From Pseudomonadota bacterium (GTDB taxonomy: Bacteria; Pseudomonadota; Gammaproteobacteria; Xanthomonadales; SZUA-38): 64,000 nt of DNA. Below the pieces are notes generated by a model, which saw nothing but the letters and a program-made list of their open reading frames with translations, had not been told where the DNA came from and did no database searches. Every line of letters begins with the position of its first letter. Position 1 is the first letter of the stretch. The position numbers and the translations under genes are program-made. Where the stretch lies: positions 27,080-91,079 of the forward strand of contig JBCDKA010000001.1 in NCBI GenBank assembly GCA_038747195.1, read 5' to 3'. Below are positions 30,358 through 40,612 of the stretch, in pieces.

Positions 30358-30990
30358 TCAGCCGCCGCTGTGACAGGTGCCCGCCTGGGCGCTCTCTGCC
30401 CGTCGCTGCCGCTCCAGCAGCTGGCTGTTGCGGGGAAAATGCGCCAGCAAAAACTCCATCTGGTCAGCCAAAATTCGCTTGCCCTGCAGATAGACGTACT
30501 CGGCATGAGTCGGCGCGAAGGGGATGGCCAGCAGCTCCATGCCGGCGCCCTCAGGCGTGCGGCCCGCTTTTCGGTTATTGCAGCGTTTGCAGGCTGTTAC
30601 CACGTTTTGCCAATGATCCTGGCCGCCCTGGCACAGCGGCGTCACGTGATCGCGCGACAGGTCACGGGCGCTGAATCGCTGTCCGCAGTAAAGGCAAACG
30701 TTGGAGTCGCGTCGAAACAGCGCGCGGTTGGTTAGCGGCGGAACGTAGTTTGGGCGGCGGTGTCCGGTGTCTGCGTGGACGCCTCGGGTTGCCACGATGG
30801 CATTGACGTCGACAAAGCTTCGCAGGCCAGACTTGGCGCAGATACCGCCGTGAATGCGATAGAGACGGGAGCCGAGGGAGTAGACCACCAGGTCGAGGGC
30901 CAGGTACTTGGCCGCCTGCTGATAGTCGATCCACTCGATGGGCATACCCGCCACATCGGTACGCAGAACTTCCAGTCGAAGATCAGTCAT
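30358..30990 (-). CDS. HNH endonuclease family protein (McrA-like)
   Basis: LFRRD..CLYCG..DHVTP..GG.D.WQNVVTACKRCNNRK. Confidence 0.88.
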   Translation of the reverse strand: MTDLRLEVLRTDVAGMPIEWIDYQQAAKYLALDLVVYSLGSRLYRIHGGICAKSGLRSFVDVNAIVATRGVHADTGHRRPNYVPPLTNRALFRRDSNVCLYCGQRFSARDLSRDHVTPLCQGGQDHWQNVVTACKRCNNRKAGRTPEGAGMELLAIPFAPTHAEYVYLQGKRILADQMEFLLAHFPRNSQLLERQRRAESAQAGTCHSGG

Positions 30991-31043
30991 GACGCCTGAC
31001 ACCATGCCGCGTTACCTCAATGTAAATTCAATTGCCGAGCGGA

Positions 31044-31913
31044 TCAACCGTCCAATGATTGGATCAGTCCGGCGAGCCTTTCCTGAGCCTGCGGCACGTA
31101 GGCTCCGCCGAATAAATTCGCGTGATTGAGTACGTGGTAGAGCTGATAAAGGCCACGCCGGCGAGGGTATCCGGGGTCCAGCGGAAGGCGGTCTTCGTAA
31201 GCCGCATAAAAGGCCGGACCAAAGCCGCCGAACAGCTCCGTCATCGCCAGATCGCTCTCGCGGCAGCCGAAGTAGCAAGCCGGGTCGAAGATGGCGGCGC
31301 GTTCGCCGCACGCGGCGTAGTTGCCACCCCACAGGTCACCGTGCAGGAGACTCGGAAACGCCTGAAAATCGGCAAACAGCGCCGACATCCCGCCGCGCAG
31401 CCGATTTACGCTGTCGGTCACCGCCCGGTTTCCCAGGAGCCGAGCCTGATGAGCCAGACGGTGCTCGCCAAAAAACGTTTGCCAGTCTTCGGTCTGTGGG
31501 TTGGGCTGGCGGGTGGCGCCAATCCGGTTGTCCCGATGCCAGCCGAAGCCGCGTTGCCGAATCTCGTGCAGGCTGGCGAGGCCGACGCCCAGCTCGGCAT
31601 CGCTGCGTGTAGATTTGGGCGTGAGTCTCAGCATCTCCAGCACGAGAAAGCTGCAGCCGCCGGTTTCGCCGTAAGCGATGGGTTCCGGAACTACCAGCCC
31701 GCTGTCGGCCGCGGCGAGCGCCTGCAGGCCTTCCGCCTCCGCGGCGAAGGCGTCGGAGTCGACGCCGCCATATTTCACGAAGACGCTTCGTTCGCCGAGT
31801 CGCAGTTCGACCGCCGAGTTGATGTCGCCGCCGCTGATGGGGCGAGTTACGGCGATGTCGGAGGCGCTTTTTCCGAGGCTGCGGCAGATGGCCGCAAGCA
31901 GATCAGGAGGCAA
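31044..31913 (-). CDS. Fructosamine kinase family protein
   Basis: Likely TTG start overlapping the ankyrin stop. ISGGDIN, FVK, FGWHRDNRIG, PSLLHGDLWGGN, FDPACYFGCRESDLAM, YHVLNHANLFG. Confidence 0.9.
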   Translation of the reverse strand: MPPDLLAAICRSLGKSASDIAVTRPISGGDINSAVELRLGERSVFVKYGGVDSDAFAAEAEGLQALAAADSGLVVPEPIAYGETGGCSFLVLEMLRLTPKSTRSDAELGVGLASLHEIRQRGFGWHRDNRIGATRQPNPQTEDWQTFFGEHRLAHQARLLGNRAVTDSVNRLRGGMSALFADFQAFPSLLHGDLWGGNYAACGERAAIFDPACYFGCRESDLAMTELFGGFGPAFYAAYEDRLPLDPGYPRRRGLYQLYHVLNHANLFGGAYVPQAQERLAGLIQSLDG

Positions 31914-34900
31914 GAAACAGATCGACCAGCTGATCGTGGCTGGCGTCCATAGCCAGATCGCAGGCAGACAGGCCGTTGATATCTCGCAGGCGCTTATTGG
32001 CGCCAGCCGCAAGAAGTTCCTGGACAGGGCCCAGCAGGCCACGCGCCGCCGCTGCGTGCAGCGCCGACCAGCCGGTCAGGTCCTGGCTATCGAGAGCGGC
32101 TTCCCGCCCGATGAGCAGGCGGGTCAGGGGCGTGATAGCTTTGATCTGGAGGCTGTCATCCTCTCGTGCCCGCACGCCCAGCAGCAGCATCAGCGCCGTC
32201 TGGCCCTCGTCGTTGGTGGCGTTGACCTCCGCCCCGGCGGCGAGTAACGCCTCGATTGTTTTGCTGCCGTTTTCCACGTCGGTGCTGTGCAGCGCGTTCT
32301 GCACCGCCGCCATCAGCACCGTGGACTGCGTTTCGTCGCGCTGACGAACGTCCGCGCCCAGGCTTAGCAGCAGCTTGATCATTCTCGGCTGCCAGCGCGC
32401 GGCCGCCAGCATCAGCGGTGTTACGCCAAACTGCTGACGCTGATTGACATCGACGCCGCGGTCCACCAGCAAACGCACCACCTCTCGGTGACCGCCCAGC
32501 ACAGCTGTTCCCAGCGGGGTGGTGCCGTTCGCCGCCGGCAGATTACCGTCAGCTCCGGCGGCCAAAAGCGCGCCCACAACGTTGGGATGACCGGCGCCGC
32601 TGGCCCGCAGCAGCGGTGAGCACAGCTCGCTGTCGCGTTCGTTGACGTTGTGTCCCTGGGCCAGAAGGCGCTTCACGCGCCCAAGGTTTCCTTCGCTGGC
32701 GGCCCGCACAAGCTGCCCCGGTGTCGGCTCCGCGGGCCGTTCAGCCGCTTCCGCTCGGCTGCCCCGCATGAGCATGTTTTGCAGTGTGGCGTCGTCATTT
32801 TTCATGGCCAGCCCAAGCGGCGAAACGCCTTCGCTATTCGCCTGCTTAGGATCTGCGCCGGCCTGCAGCAGCGCTCGCAGCACGCCCAGCTGTGCCGGCC
32901 GTTCAACCTCAAGCGCCAGCATCAGCGCTGTGTTGCCGCCTTCGTCCTGGGCGTTGGCGTCAGCCCCGGCGGCCAGCAGCTCGTTGACGAATCGCTTGTC
33001 GCGATGCGTTGCCGCCCAGTGCAGTGCGGTCCGCCCCAGAGCGTCTTGCTCGTCCACCACCGCGCCGTCACCAATCAGCTTACCGGCCAGCTCCGCGAGC
33101 TGCTGCTCGTGGGTGTCGTCGACACCCGAAGGCTGCTCATGTTGAGCATCAGCGAAGCCGGCGACCCAGATCAGCTGCTGTCCACCGGACTCTACCTGCG
33201 CGCCGCGCGACAGCAGGAGTTCCACGATATCCACCGGCGTCGGGGCCTGCTGCAGAACACAGCTCAGCAGGGAATCGCCGGTGCGCGACAGGGCGTTTGC
33301 GCCCAGTCCGTTTTCGAGCAGCCAGCGCGGTGCCATCGCCCGCCCGGCGGCAACCGAATTCAGAAACGCTGACGACAGCCACCATGCGGGCGCCTCGGGT
33401 TGGCTGAGCAGCACGGCCTTCATCTGCTCCGTATCATCCACCAGCGCCGCGTCCATCAGGCCCGCATAGCCCGCCTCTTCCTGCTCGCGCTGCTGAGCTT
33501 CACTGAGCCCAACCGCGCCGCCGGTGCCGAGATCTTCCGCATCGACCTCACCGACACCGTCACTCAGGTCCACCACGTCCGTAAGCACCATGGCGTCAGC
33601 CGCCTCGCCGTCCGCGGTCGCCGGCATATCCGGTTCTTCGGGTTCCAGGCTGACGATGCTGAGCGCAATTTCTCCGGTCTGTGGGTCAGCCGCCAGGCTG
33701 TTCTCGGCCTCAAGGCCAAGATCGATATCGACGGCGCTGATCAAAGCGGCGGTAGGGTCTTCCCCGAGCGCCGCAAGATCCGGGAAAACCTCCGCCGTGT
33801 CCGCATCAACCGCTGCTGTGGCTGGGCTTTTTTCAGCTTCTTCGTGGATGGCAGTGTCGTCGTCGCTCGCCGTTGCTGCCGCGTTCTCCAGCGCTTCGCC
33901 GTTGGCGGCTCCTGGGACTGGAAGATCCTCCGGCACCAGCTCAAAAGCTGGCGGCGGCGTGAAGCTGGCGCTCACCGCTTCGGGCGTCCCAGAAAGCTGC
34001 CCGGTTGCCTCACTGACATCCTGTTCGAACGCGGCGGCTGCCGGAACGGGCTCTTCTAAGGACTCGTCGGTGATCGGTGATTCGGCGGCCGACCCGGCGT
34101 CCGTGTCGGGGGCAGGGTGGAGCTCTACTTCGGTCCGCTCCTCGGTTTCCGGCGAATCATCGGGTTCGCTCGCCGCCTCTTTTGCCACACCATCATCGGC
34201 GGCTGTGTCTGCCGCCGGTTGTTCCTGAGCTTCGACCTCCAAAGTCGCCTCGGCTTCGGGTGCCTCTTCGGAGGTCATCACCCCGTCACTAAGCTTGGTC
34301 GCATCGGTAGACGTCTCGGACACCTCAGCAACCGGCGCCGCGTCGGGTGTCTGCTCTGCGTTTGATGCTTCCACCTCGTCCGACGAGGCTTCAGCGACAG
34401 CGAGTTCAGTGTGCTCATCGCTGCCAGCTTCAGCTTCGGTCTCAGCCGCGTGGGGCTCGCTCTGATTGGCGACCTCGTGAGCAGGCTCGTCTGTCTCCGC
34501 ACTTTCCGACGGCGCGTTGGCCTGCCCCGTGTCGTCGGCCGTTACAGCCTCCGATACCGGTTCGGCGACCGGCGGCTGCTCGGAGTCCGCGTCAGCAGCG
34601 GGGGCAGCGGCTTCAGCGGTGACTTGCTCAGCTTCGCGCTGACTCGCCGACTCCTCGGCCTGGTCGACCTTTGCATCCGGCTCGGTGCCCGCTTCCGCTT
34701 CGTCGAGCTTGATCGCCGGCATCACCAGCGTGGCCGACTCGAGCTGCGTGCGGCTTCGGGGGTTGAGCTGTCGCTCCGCCCAATCGCGGTCTTCGGGCGT
34801 CTCAAACTGCTTGAGATCGATCACGTTTTCCGCGGCGGTCAGGCCATCGGTGGCTGCCGCAGGCTCAGCGACCGGCGCCGGCGCGTTGCGGGTCCCCAGC

Positions 34901-35796
34901 GCGTCAGCGATGCGCCAGCGCCCGGCTGCCGCGGCGAGGTCTCCGGCCTTCCGGCCTTCGCGGTTGCTCACGTCGGGCTCCGCGCCCATGGCCATCAGCA
35001 GGCGGATGGTCTCAGCGTCCGCTCGGGTGGAGCTGACCGCCACCAGCAGCGCGGTGCGCCCCGGCTTGTCCCGATGCTCGGTTTCGGGATTCCAGAACAC
35101 GAGCCGCTCCAGCACGCCATTGGCGCCGGAGCGTGCGGCTTCCATCAGGGCGGTATTGCCAAAATCGTCGCGGGCGTTCACGTCTGCGCCGGCGGCGAGC
35201 AGGGCGTCAGCAATCTGTGCATTGCCCCGCAGGGCGGCGCCCATCAGCGCCGTGCGGCCCAGTTTGCCGCGGTGGTTGACGTCCGCCTTGTGTCGCAGCA
35301 GGAGTTCAACGCCGGCAGGGTCGTCTCGCGCCAGCAGCGCGGCTTCGGCCAGCGGCGCTGCGCCGCGGGCTGGATTGACGGCCACGTCGTGACCGAGCAA
35401 CAGCTCCAGGGCTGGCCACATGCCGGCGCCGGCGGCGGTCGCCAGCGGCGTTTTGCCCTGCTGGTTTTCAAGATTGAGGTTGGCTCGGTGGGTGGAGAGC
35501 AGCCCAAGGATCTGCGTGTCGCCTAGCTGCGAGGCAAAGTGAGCGGCGCTGTCGCCATTGGGCGCTGTGGCGTCAGCGTCAGCACCCTGCTCCAGGAGCC
35601 ACTTGGCAATCTGCAGCCTTTCGCTGCTGTTGCCGGCCGCCAGCGCGACCAGCGCGGGGATCTGCTGCGGGTCTTCCCGCAACTCGCCCTCGCGAGCGAC
35701 GAGGTTCTTGAGCTCCCGCAGATTTCCGTCAAAGGCAGCCCGGGCGAGGGGCGTCTGAAGGTCGCTGCGAACCAGCAGTGGCACATTCCGAATCAT
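31903..35796 (-). CDS. Giant ankyrin-repeat protein with long acidic low-complexity linker
   Basis: Many G.T(A/P)L..A..G ankyrin repeats in N- and C-terminal blocks, separated by a long E/A/D/P/S-rich region. Confidence 0.88.
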   Translation of the reverse strand: MIRNVPLLVRSDLQTPLARAAFDGNLRELKNLVAREGELREDPQQIPALVALAAGNSSERLQIAKWLLEQGADADATAPNGDSAAHFASQLGDTQILGLLSTHRANLNLENQQGKTPLATAAGAGMWPALELLLGHDVAVNPARGAAPLAEAALLARDDPAGVELLLRHKADVNHRGKLGRTALMGAALRGNAQIADALLAAGADVNARDDFGNTALMEAARSGANGVLERLVFWNPETEHRDKPGRTALLVAVSSTRADAETIRLLMAMGAEPDVSNREGRKAGDLAAAAGRWRIADALGTRNAPAPVAEPAAATDGLTAAENVIDLKQFETPEDRDWAERQLNPRSRTQLESATLVMPAIKLDEAEAGTEPDAKVDQAEESASQREAEQVTAEAAAPAADADSEQPPVAEPVSEAVTADDTGQANAPSESAETDEPAHEVANQSEPHAAETEAEAGSDEHTELAVAEASSDEVEASNAEQTPDAAPVAEVSETSTDATKLSDGVMTSEEAPEAEATLEVEAQEQPAADTAADDGVAKEAASEPDDSPETEERTEVELHPAPDTDAGSAAESPITDESLEEPVPAAAAFEQDVSEATGQLSGTPEAVSASFTPPPAFELVPEDLPVPGAANGEALENAAATASDDDTAIHEEAEKSPATAAVDADTAEVFPDLAALGEDPTAALISAVDIDLGLEAENSLAADPQTGEIALSIVSLEPEEPDMPATADGEAADAMVLTDVVDLSDGVGEVDAEDLGTGGAVGLSEAQQREQEEAGYAGLMDAALVDDTEQMKAVLLSQPEAPAWWLSSAFLNSVAAGRAMAPRWLLENGLGANALSRTGDSLLSCVLQQAPTPVDIVELLLSRGAQVESGGQQLIWVAGFADAQHEQPSGVDDTHEQQLAELAGKLIGDGAVVDEQDALGRTALHWAATHRDKRFVNELLAAGADANAQDEGGNTALMLALEVERPAQLGVLRALLQAGADPKQANSEGVSPLGLAMKNDDATLQNMLMRGSRAEAAERPAEPTPGQLVRAASEGNLGRVKRLLAQGHNVNERDSELCSPLLRASGAGHPNVVGALLAAGADGNLPAANGTTPLGTAVLGGHREVVRLLVDRGVDVNQRQQFGVTPLMLAAARWQPRMIKLLLSLGADVRQRDETQSTVLMAAVQNALHSTDVENGSKTIEALLAAGAEVNATNDEGQTALMLLLGVRAREDDSLQIKAITPLTRLLIGREAALDSQDLTGWSALHAAAARGLLGPVQELLAAGANKRLRDINGLSACDLAMDASHDQLVDLFLAS

Positions 35797-35925
35797 GCGA
35801 ACGGCAGTTCTCGCCAGCCATAACCAGACAAGATCCCGATATTACCCGATTTTGCGTTAGAAAATCATAAGTTAGAAAGTGTCTTTGATTTATCATAGAG
35901 GCTTTGACGACCGACCTTTGTGAGC

Positions 35926-36357
35926 ATGGAACCCAGTCCCTCCGAACCGCAGGAAAGCCCGAACGAATCCCGGTGGCAGCTGGCCGCTGACGTCCTGCGA
36001 TTTCAGGCAAAACTCTTTGTCGATGGCTTAAGAGATCTGCTGATGAGTCCCATCAGCCTGGTCGCGGCTCTGATCGGCCTGCTGTTTGAGCCGGCAACAC
36101 CGCGCCGGCTGTTCGACCGCGTGCTCGCCTTTGGCCGGGAAACCGAGGTTTGGATCAATCTGTTTGGCAGTCGCTCCGGTCAGCCGGGAATCGACGACCT
36201 GTTCACTTCGCTGGAAGATCGACTCAAGCAACAGGTTGAGCAGGGCGGCATGACGGCTACCGCAAAACAGAAGATTGACGAGTCGCTGGACGCCATTCAC
36301 GAGAAAGTCCGGGCCGCGAACGAAAAGGGCACCGCCGCCGAAAATAGCGAATCCTGA
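35926..36357 (+). CDS. Hypothetical protein, conserved-looking helical
   Basis: FQAKLFVDGLRDLLMSPISLVAALIG..WINLFG. Divergent from the ankyrin gene. Confidence 0.7.
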   Translation: MEPSPSEPQESPNESRWQLAADVLRFQAKLFVDGLRDLLMSPISLVAALIGLLFEPATPRRLFDRVLAFGRETEVWINLFGSRSGQPGIDDLFTSLEDRLKQQVEQGGMTATAKQKIDESLDAIHEKVRAANEKGTAAENSES

Positions 36358-36380
36358 CGGCCTCCGCAGCCCGGCGCGGG

Positions 36381-37613
36381 TTAGGCGCTGAAGGTCAGCG
36401 GATCCGGGTTGCGCAGTAGCTCTGCGGCATCCTCGGGGCAGAGAGACTTTCCGATGAGGTACCCCTGCGCAAGGTTACAGCCTAGCGCGGTGATGTATTC
36501 CAGTTCACTCGCCGTCTCCACGCCCTCGACCACAATCTTTAGCTTGAGTGCCCGCATGAGGGCGACGATGCCGCGGAGCAGCTCGCGGCTTCGAGGTTCG
36601 GTATCCAGCGGACGCACAAAGGCCTGATCGATCTTGGCGTAGTCGACGTCCAGCTGGTACAGCGTCGCCAGCGAGGAATAGCCGGTCCCAAAGTCGTCCA
36701 GTGACACCTGAAAGCCGAGTTCGTGGGCACGGTCGATCCACACGTCGGTGGCCTCCATGTCGACCGCGAGGCTCTCGGTAATCTCAAGCTTAATGTCAGA
36801 CCGGTTCAGCTGATAACGGTCGGTGATCTCAGCGGCCTGCGTGATGAAGTCTTTATCCGCAATTTGTTTGGCAGAAACGTTGATGCTCATAAACAGGGCG
36901 CCGGCGCCGTAGCCAGGGGCCTGCTGAAAGGCGGCCAGCTGTCGGCACGCTGAATCGAAGACGTACAGACCCACGGGAACAATCAACCCCGTCTCTTCGG
37001 CCAGCGTGATAAACAGCGCCGGCGAAATCGGGCCCCGCTTGGGATGCTCCCACCGTGTCAGCGCCTCGAAGCCTGCAATCCGTGCGGTTTCACAGCCGAG
37101 CAGCGGCTGGTAAAAGACGTTCAGCTGCTGCTCCTTCAGGGCTTTCTTCAGCTCCGCCTCCAGCCGAATCTTGTCGATCCCGTGGCGGATATATTCGCCC
37201 ACCACGTCTTCGGCGATCAGCTCGTCCGGCCCCGCCAGCAGGCCGCCTTCGCCTTTGACCTTGTTGAGCCCGCTGCGGTAGCGATCGAGCAGGATCTTGA
37301 CCAGCAGCTTCAAAATCGGGTCAGCCTGCGAAATCCGGTCGGTCAACTGGTCGCGAGTGACGACCATTAGGTGAGTTGGGCCCGCCGCAGTGGCGGTTGC
37401 CGTGCGGGGAGCGCTGTCGATGACGCCCATTTCGCCGACGATATCGCCCGGCTTGAGCTGGGTCAGGATGACCGGCGTTCCTTCAGAGTTTGTGGAAATC
37501 TGAAGTCCGCCTTCTTCAATAATGTAGGCGCAGTCCGCTTCGTCCCCCTCTCGAAACAAGATCTCGCCGTCGGCGAGGGTGCGGGTACTGCGATGCAGTT
37601 GATGATTCGACAC
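36381..37613 (-). CDS. cNMP-binding + EAL domain c-di-GMP phosphodiesterase
   Basis: LFREGD..YIIEEG..GEMG..PRTATA (cNMP). YQP, FEALTRW, EITES, LDDFGTGYSS, KIDQAF, VEGVET, QGY. Confidence 0.92.
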   Translation of the reverse strand: MSNHQLHRSTRTLADGEILFREGDEADCAYIIEEGGLQISTNSEGTPVILTQLKPGDIVGEMGVIDSAPRTATATAAGPTHLMVVTRDQLTDRISQADPILKLLVKILLDRYRSGLNKVKGEGGLLAGPDELIAEDVVGEYIRHGIDKIRLEAELKKALKEQQLNVFYQPLLGCETARIAGFEALTRWEHPKRGPISPALFITLAEETGLIVPVGLYVFDSACRQLAAFQQAPGYGAGALFMSINVSAKQIADKDFITQAAEITDRYQLNRSDIKLEITESLAVDMEATDVWIDRAHELGFQVSLDDFGTGYSSLATLYQLDVDYAKIDQAFVRPLDTEPRSRELLRGIVALMRALKLKIVVEGVETASELEYITALGCNLAQGYLIGKSLCPEDAAELLRNPDPLTFSA

Positions 37614-37710
37614 GCCAACGCTCCTTGGAAAACGTTTGCGTAGTGCTGCCGCCTACCTCCCCTGCAGCCAGCAGCGCAGCGCACAGGGCATCGATCATAC
37701 TGCAATCGGA

Positions 37711-38268
37711 CTAGCCTTGTCGGGTGGCTCCCAGCCGAGGGTGTCGAAAAGTGCGCGCGTCCGCGTAGCGATCACCGACCCAGCGCAGAACCCGGCGTTC
37801 GCCGCCATGGGAGCAATCCAGATCCCAATACCCGTCGGTGACAAAACTCCCCAGCCTTTGCGGCCGGCAGTTGAACTCAGACTCGCTGATCCTCCACGCC
37901 CCCTGGTCCAGACGGATGATCCGCAGCGGCGTATCCGGGATAAACACGTCGTAGCGTCTGGCCGCCGCCGCCACGAGGATCTCTGGCTGCCGATCCCGGT
38001 TTAGCTCGGCGAGCGCAACCTGAATCTGGTAGTTCGATTGTTTGATGTGTTCATCAAGCGCTGCTTTTGCCCAGGCGGGTAGCTCAGCGGGTTCATGCCA
38101 TTGCAGCGTTTGCCCCGGGGCGAAGTCGATGCTGGGCTGAGGCCTGACCATCAGCAGCGCCGCTGATGCGGCGGAGGTCACCGCCAGCGCCAGCACTGCG
38201 GCGACGCGTAACAACAGTCGGATTCGGGATCGCCGGCGGCGAGAGGAGAGATTGGCGTGTGTTTTCAT
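37711..38268 (-). CDS. Hypothetical exported protein
   Basis: Basic N-terminus plus hydrophobic segment. ELNRDRQPEILV resembles a degenerate DxDxDG loop. Confidence 0.55.
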   Translation of the reverse strand: MKTHANLSSRRRRSRIRLLLRVAAVLALAVTSAASAALLMVRPQPSIDFAPGQTLQWHEPAELPAWAKAALDEHIKQSNYQIQVALAELNRDRQPEILVAAAARRYDVFIPDTPLRIIRLDQGAWRISESEFNCRPQRLGSFVTDGYWDLDCSHGGERRVLRWVGDRYADARTFRHPRLGATRQG

Positions 38269-38440
38269 CAGGCTAGCCTGACCGCCGAAAATGGCTCAAA
38301 AATGGCGGGGTCGTGGCGATGAACTTGCGATGCTCGCGGGCGGAAACTTCAGCAAAGCGGTCGCCCGGGGACGATGCGGCGGGAACCCCTGCCATTAGTC
38401 CGGGGTTGTGCAAGCGCGCGCGTGGCCCAACAATAAGGGT

Positions 38441-38767
38441 ATGCCGGTTTACAAATTCCAACCCCAGATGACGCCAAAAACCACGGCCGGTGGTGTTGTT
38501 GCAGGGATTCTTGGCCTCGGAATGGCAGCGCTCACCTTTTTTGTCGGGATTTTTGTGGCGCTGGCGCTGCTGGCCGTCGGCGCGGCCGTCGCGGCGGTCC
38601 TGACGGTCCGTCGCTGGTGGCTCGGCCGCCGCGGCCAGCCGCAGGCTGGTTACACGCGCGCAGGCCGTGGCTCAGCCGCTGGCGGGACTCGCGGTCGGCC
38701 TGGACATCGTGCCGACGTGCTTGAGGGGGAGTATGAGGTGGTTGACCAGCCGCCCGATCAGTCCTGA
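38441..38767 (+). CDS. Small membrane protein
   Basis: Two hydrophobic segments, RRWWL, C-terminal VLEGEYEVV (FxsA-like tail). Confidence 0.7.
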   Translation: MPVYKFQPQMTPKTTAGGVVAGILGLGMAALTFFVGIFVALALLAVGAAVAAVLTVRRWWLGRRGQPQAGYTRAGRGSAAGGTRGRPGHRADVLEGEYEVVDQPPDQS

Positions 38768-40609
38768 TCAGCCGTAAACCCAGTTGATGGCCGGGATCGA
38801 CACCAGCAGAAACACGATTGTCATCAGGCCACCCGTCTTCAAAAAATCCGTCACTCGATAGCCCCCGGGGCTCATGATCAGCGCGCTCACCTGATGGGTT
38901 GGGATCAGAAACGCGTTGGACGCCGAGATTGCCACAATCAGGGCAAACACCGCCGGATCGGCACCGACGGCCAGCGCTACGTTGATCGCCAGTGGCACCA
39001 GCAGGGCTGTGGCGCCAACATTTGACATCACGAGCGTAAAAAACGTGGTCATCGTCGCCAGCAGGATCTGCAGCACCAGCACGGGCACATCACCCAGAAA
39101 GGCCAACGCCTGCTGGGCCATCCATGCGGCGGTTCCGGTGGTGTCCATCGCCAGGCCCAGGGGAATTAAGCTGGCCAGTAGAAACACGGTTTTCCAGCTC
39201 ACCGATGCGTAGGCCTCGTCCATGCTCAGCACCTGGGTCACCACCATGCCGACGGCACCGACGAGCAGGCAGACGGACAGCCTGAAGTCGGAAAAGACGA
39301 TCAGGCCCATCGAGAGCAGGAAGAAAGCCAGCGCCCAGCCCACCTTGTGCGGCCGCTGCTCCTCCTTGGGCAGGTCCGTGACCACCACAAAGTCGCGCTC
39401 GCCGCTGGCCCGACCCAGGTCGCGCCAGGTGCCGTGCATGATCAACGTGTCCCCGACCTGCAGGGGGAGGCTGCGCAGCCCCTGGCGATGCACCTCGTCG
39501 GCCCGCTGCAGCGCCAGGACGCTAAAGCCATAGGCTTTGCGAAAGCGCACCTCCTGGACGGTCTTGCCCACCAGCGGTGAACCGGGGGTGATCACGCTCT
39601 CCGCAATGCCCGCCCGCGAGGGATTGAGCAGGGCGCCGAAACTGACCAGGCGCGGGCGGACCACCAGCTCGTTCGCCTCCGCAAACTCGCCGATCTGCTC
39701 GCGCTCTCCCATGGCGCCCAGCACCGTTCCAACCCAGATCATCTCCTCGGAGGCTGGTGCCAGGTGTTGATCATCGCCGTTGCGAATCGCCACCAGCGAC
39801 GGCGCGCCCTCGAGAACCTCCGCTTCGCCGATGGTCAGGCCAACCAGCGGGCTCTCGGACGTCACCAGCAGCTCGTAGACGTCCCCCTTGACGCCGTAAA
39901 GCTTGGCGAAATAGCTGCGGGTTCGGCCGGGCCGGGTCTTTTCGAGCACCTGACTGGCCGGCAGAAGGAAACGGCCGAACAGCAGAAAGAACAGGATTCC
40001 GGCGGCGAGCAGGATCAGCCCGATCGGCGTGACCGAAAACAGGTGGAACGTCGTGACGGTATCGGCCCCCGGCGGGAGGTTGCGATTGGAGTTCTGGATC
40101 AGGTCGTTGAGCAGGATGAGCGGGGATGATCCGACCATCGTCAGCGTGCCGCCGAGGATCGCGCAGAACCCCATGGGCATCAGCAGGCGGCTCAGGCTGA
40201 TCTGGCTGCGGCTCGCAATGCGGCTGATCACGGGCAGGAACAGGGCGGTGGCGCCAACGTTCTGCATGAAGCCGGAGATCACTCCCACGGTGCCGGAAAC
40301 CAGCGGGATGATCCGGGTTTCCGTGCGGCCGCCAAGCCGCAGGATCATCGACGCCACGACCGCCATCACGCCGGTACGGTCGAGCCCGGTCCCGATGATC
40401 ATCACCGCAATAATGGAGATCACGGCATTACTCGCAAACCCGGCGAAGAGCTGATCCGGGGGCAGCAGCCCCAGCAGACCGATCGCAACCAATGCGCAAA
40501 GGGCAACCACGTCCACCCGCAGGATTTCCAGCACAAACAGGACGACCGTGACGCCCAGCACCGCCAGGACCTGGATCATTTCGGTGGTTAGGACAAGGTC
40601 GCCGCCCAT
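38768..40609 (-). CDS. SLC13 family permease with TrkA-C domains
   Basis: RVDVVAL, FMQNVGA, GGTLTMVGSSP, central RCK-C repeats, PTHQVSALIMSPGGYRVTDF. Confidence 0.9.
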   Translation of the reverse strand: MGGDLVLTTEMIQVLAVLGVTVVLFVLEILRVDVVALCALVAIGLLGLLPPDQLFAGFASNAVISIIAVMIIGTGLDRTGVMAVVASMILRLGGRTETRIIPLVSGTVGVISGFMQNVGATALFLPVISRIASRSQISLSRLLMPMGFCAILGGTLTMVGSSPLILLNDLIQNSNRNLPPGADTVTTFHLFSVTPIGLILLAAGILFFLLFGRFLLPASQVLEKTRPGRTRSYFAKLYGVKGDVYELLVTSESPLVGLTIGEAEVLEGAPSLVAIRNGDDQHLAPASEEMIWVGTVLGAMGEREQIGEFAEANELVVRPRLVSFGALLNPSRAGIAESVITPGSPLVGKTVQEVRFRKAYGFSVLALQRADEVHRQGLRSLPLQVGDTLIMHGTWRDLGRASGERDFVVVTDLPKEEQRPHKVGWALAFFLLSMGLIVFSDFRLSVCLLVGAVGMVVTQVLSMDEAYASVSWKTVFLLASLIPLGLAMDTTGTAAWMAQQALAFLGDVPVLVLQILLATMTTFFTLVMSNVGATALLVPLAINVALAVGADPAVFALIVAISASNAFLIPTHQVSALIMSPGGYRVTDFLKTGGLMTIVFLLVSIPAINWVYG

Positions 40610-40612
40610 CGA

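Noticed and set aside
30358-30990. HNH gene as a homing endonuclease, defence nuclease or RNA-guided nuclease
   Set aside because: Short stand-alone HNH among housekeeping-type genes, with no RuvC motifs, intron, methylase or guide-like RNA adjacent.
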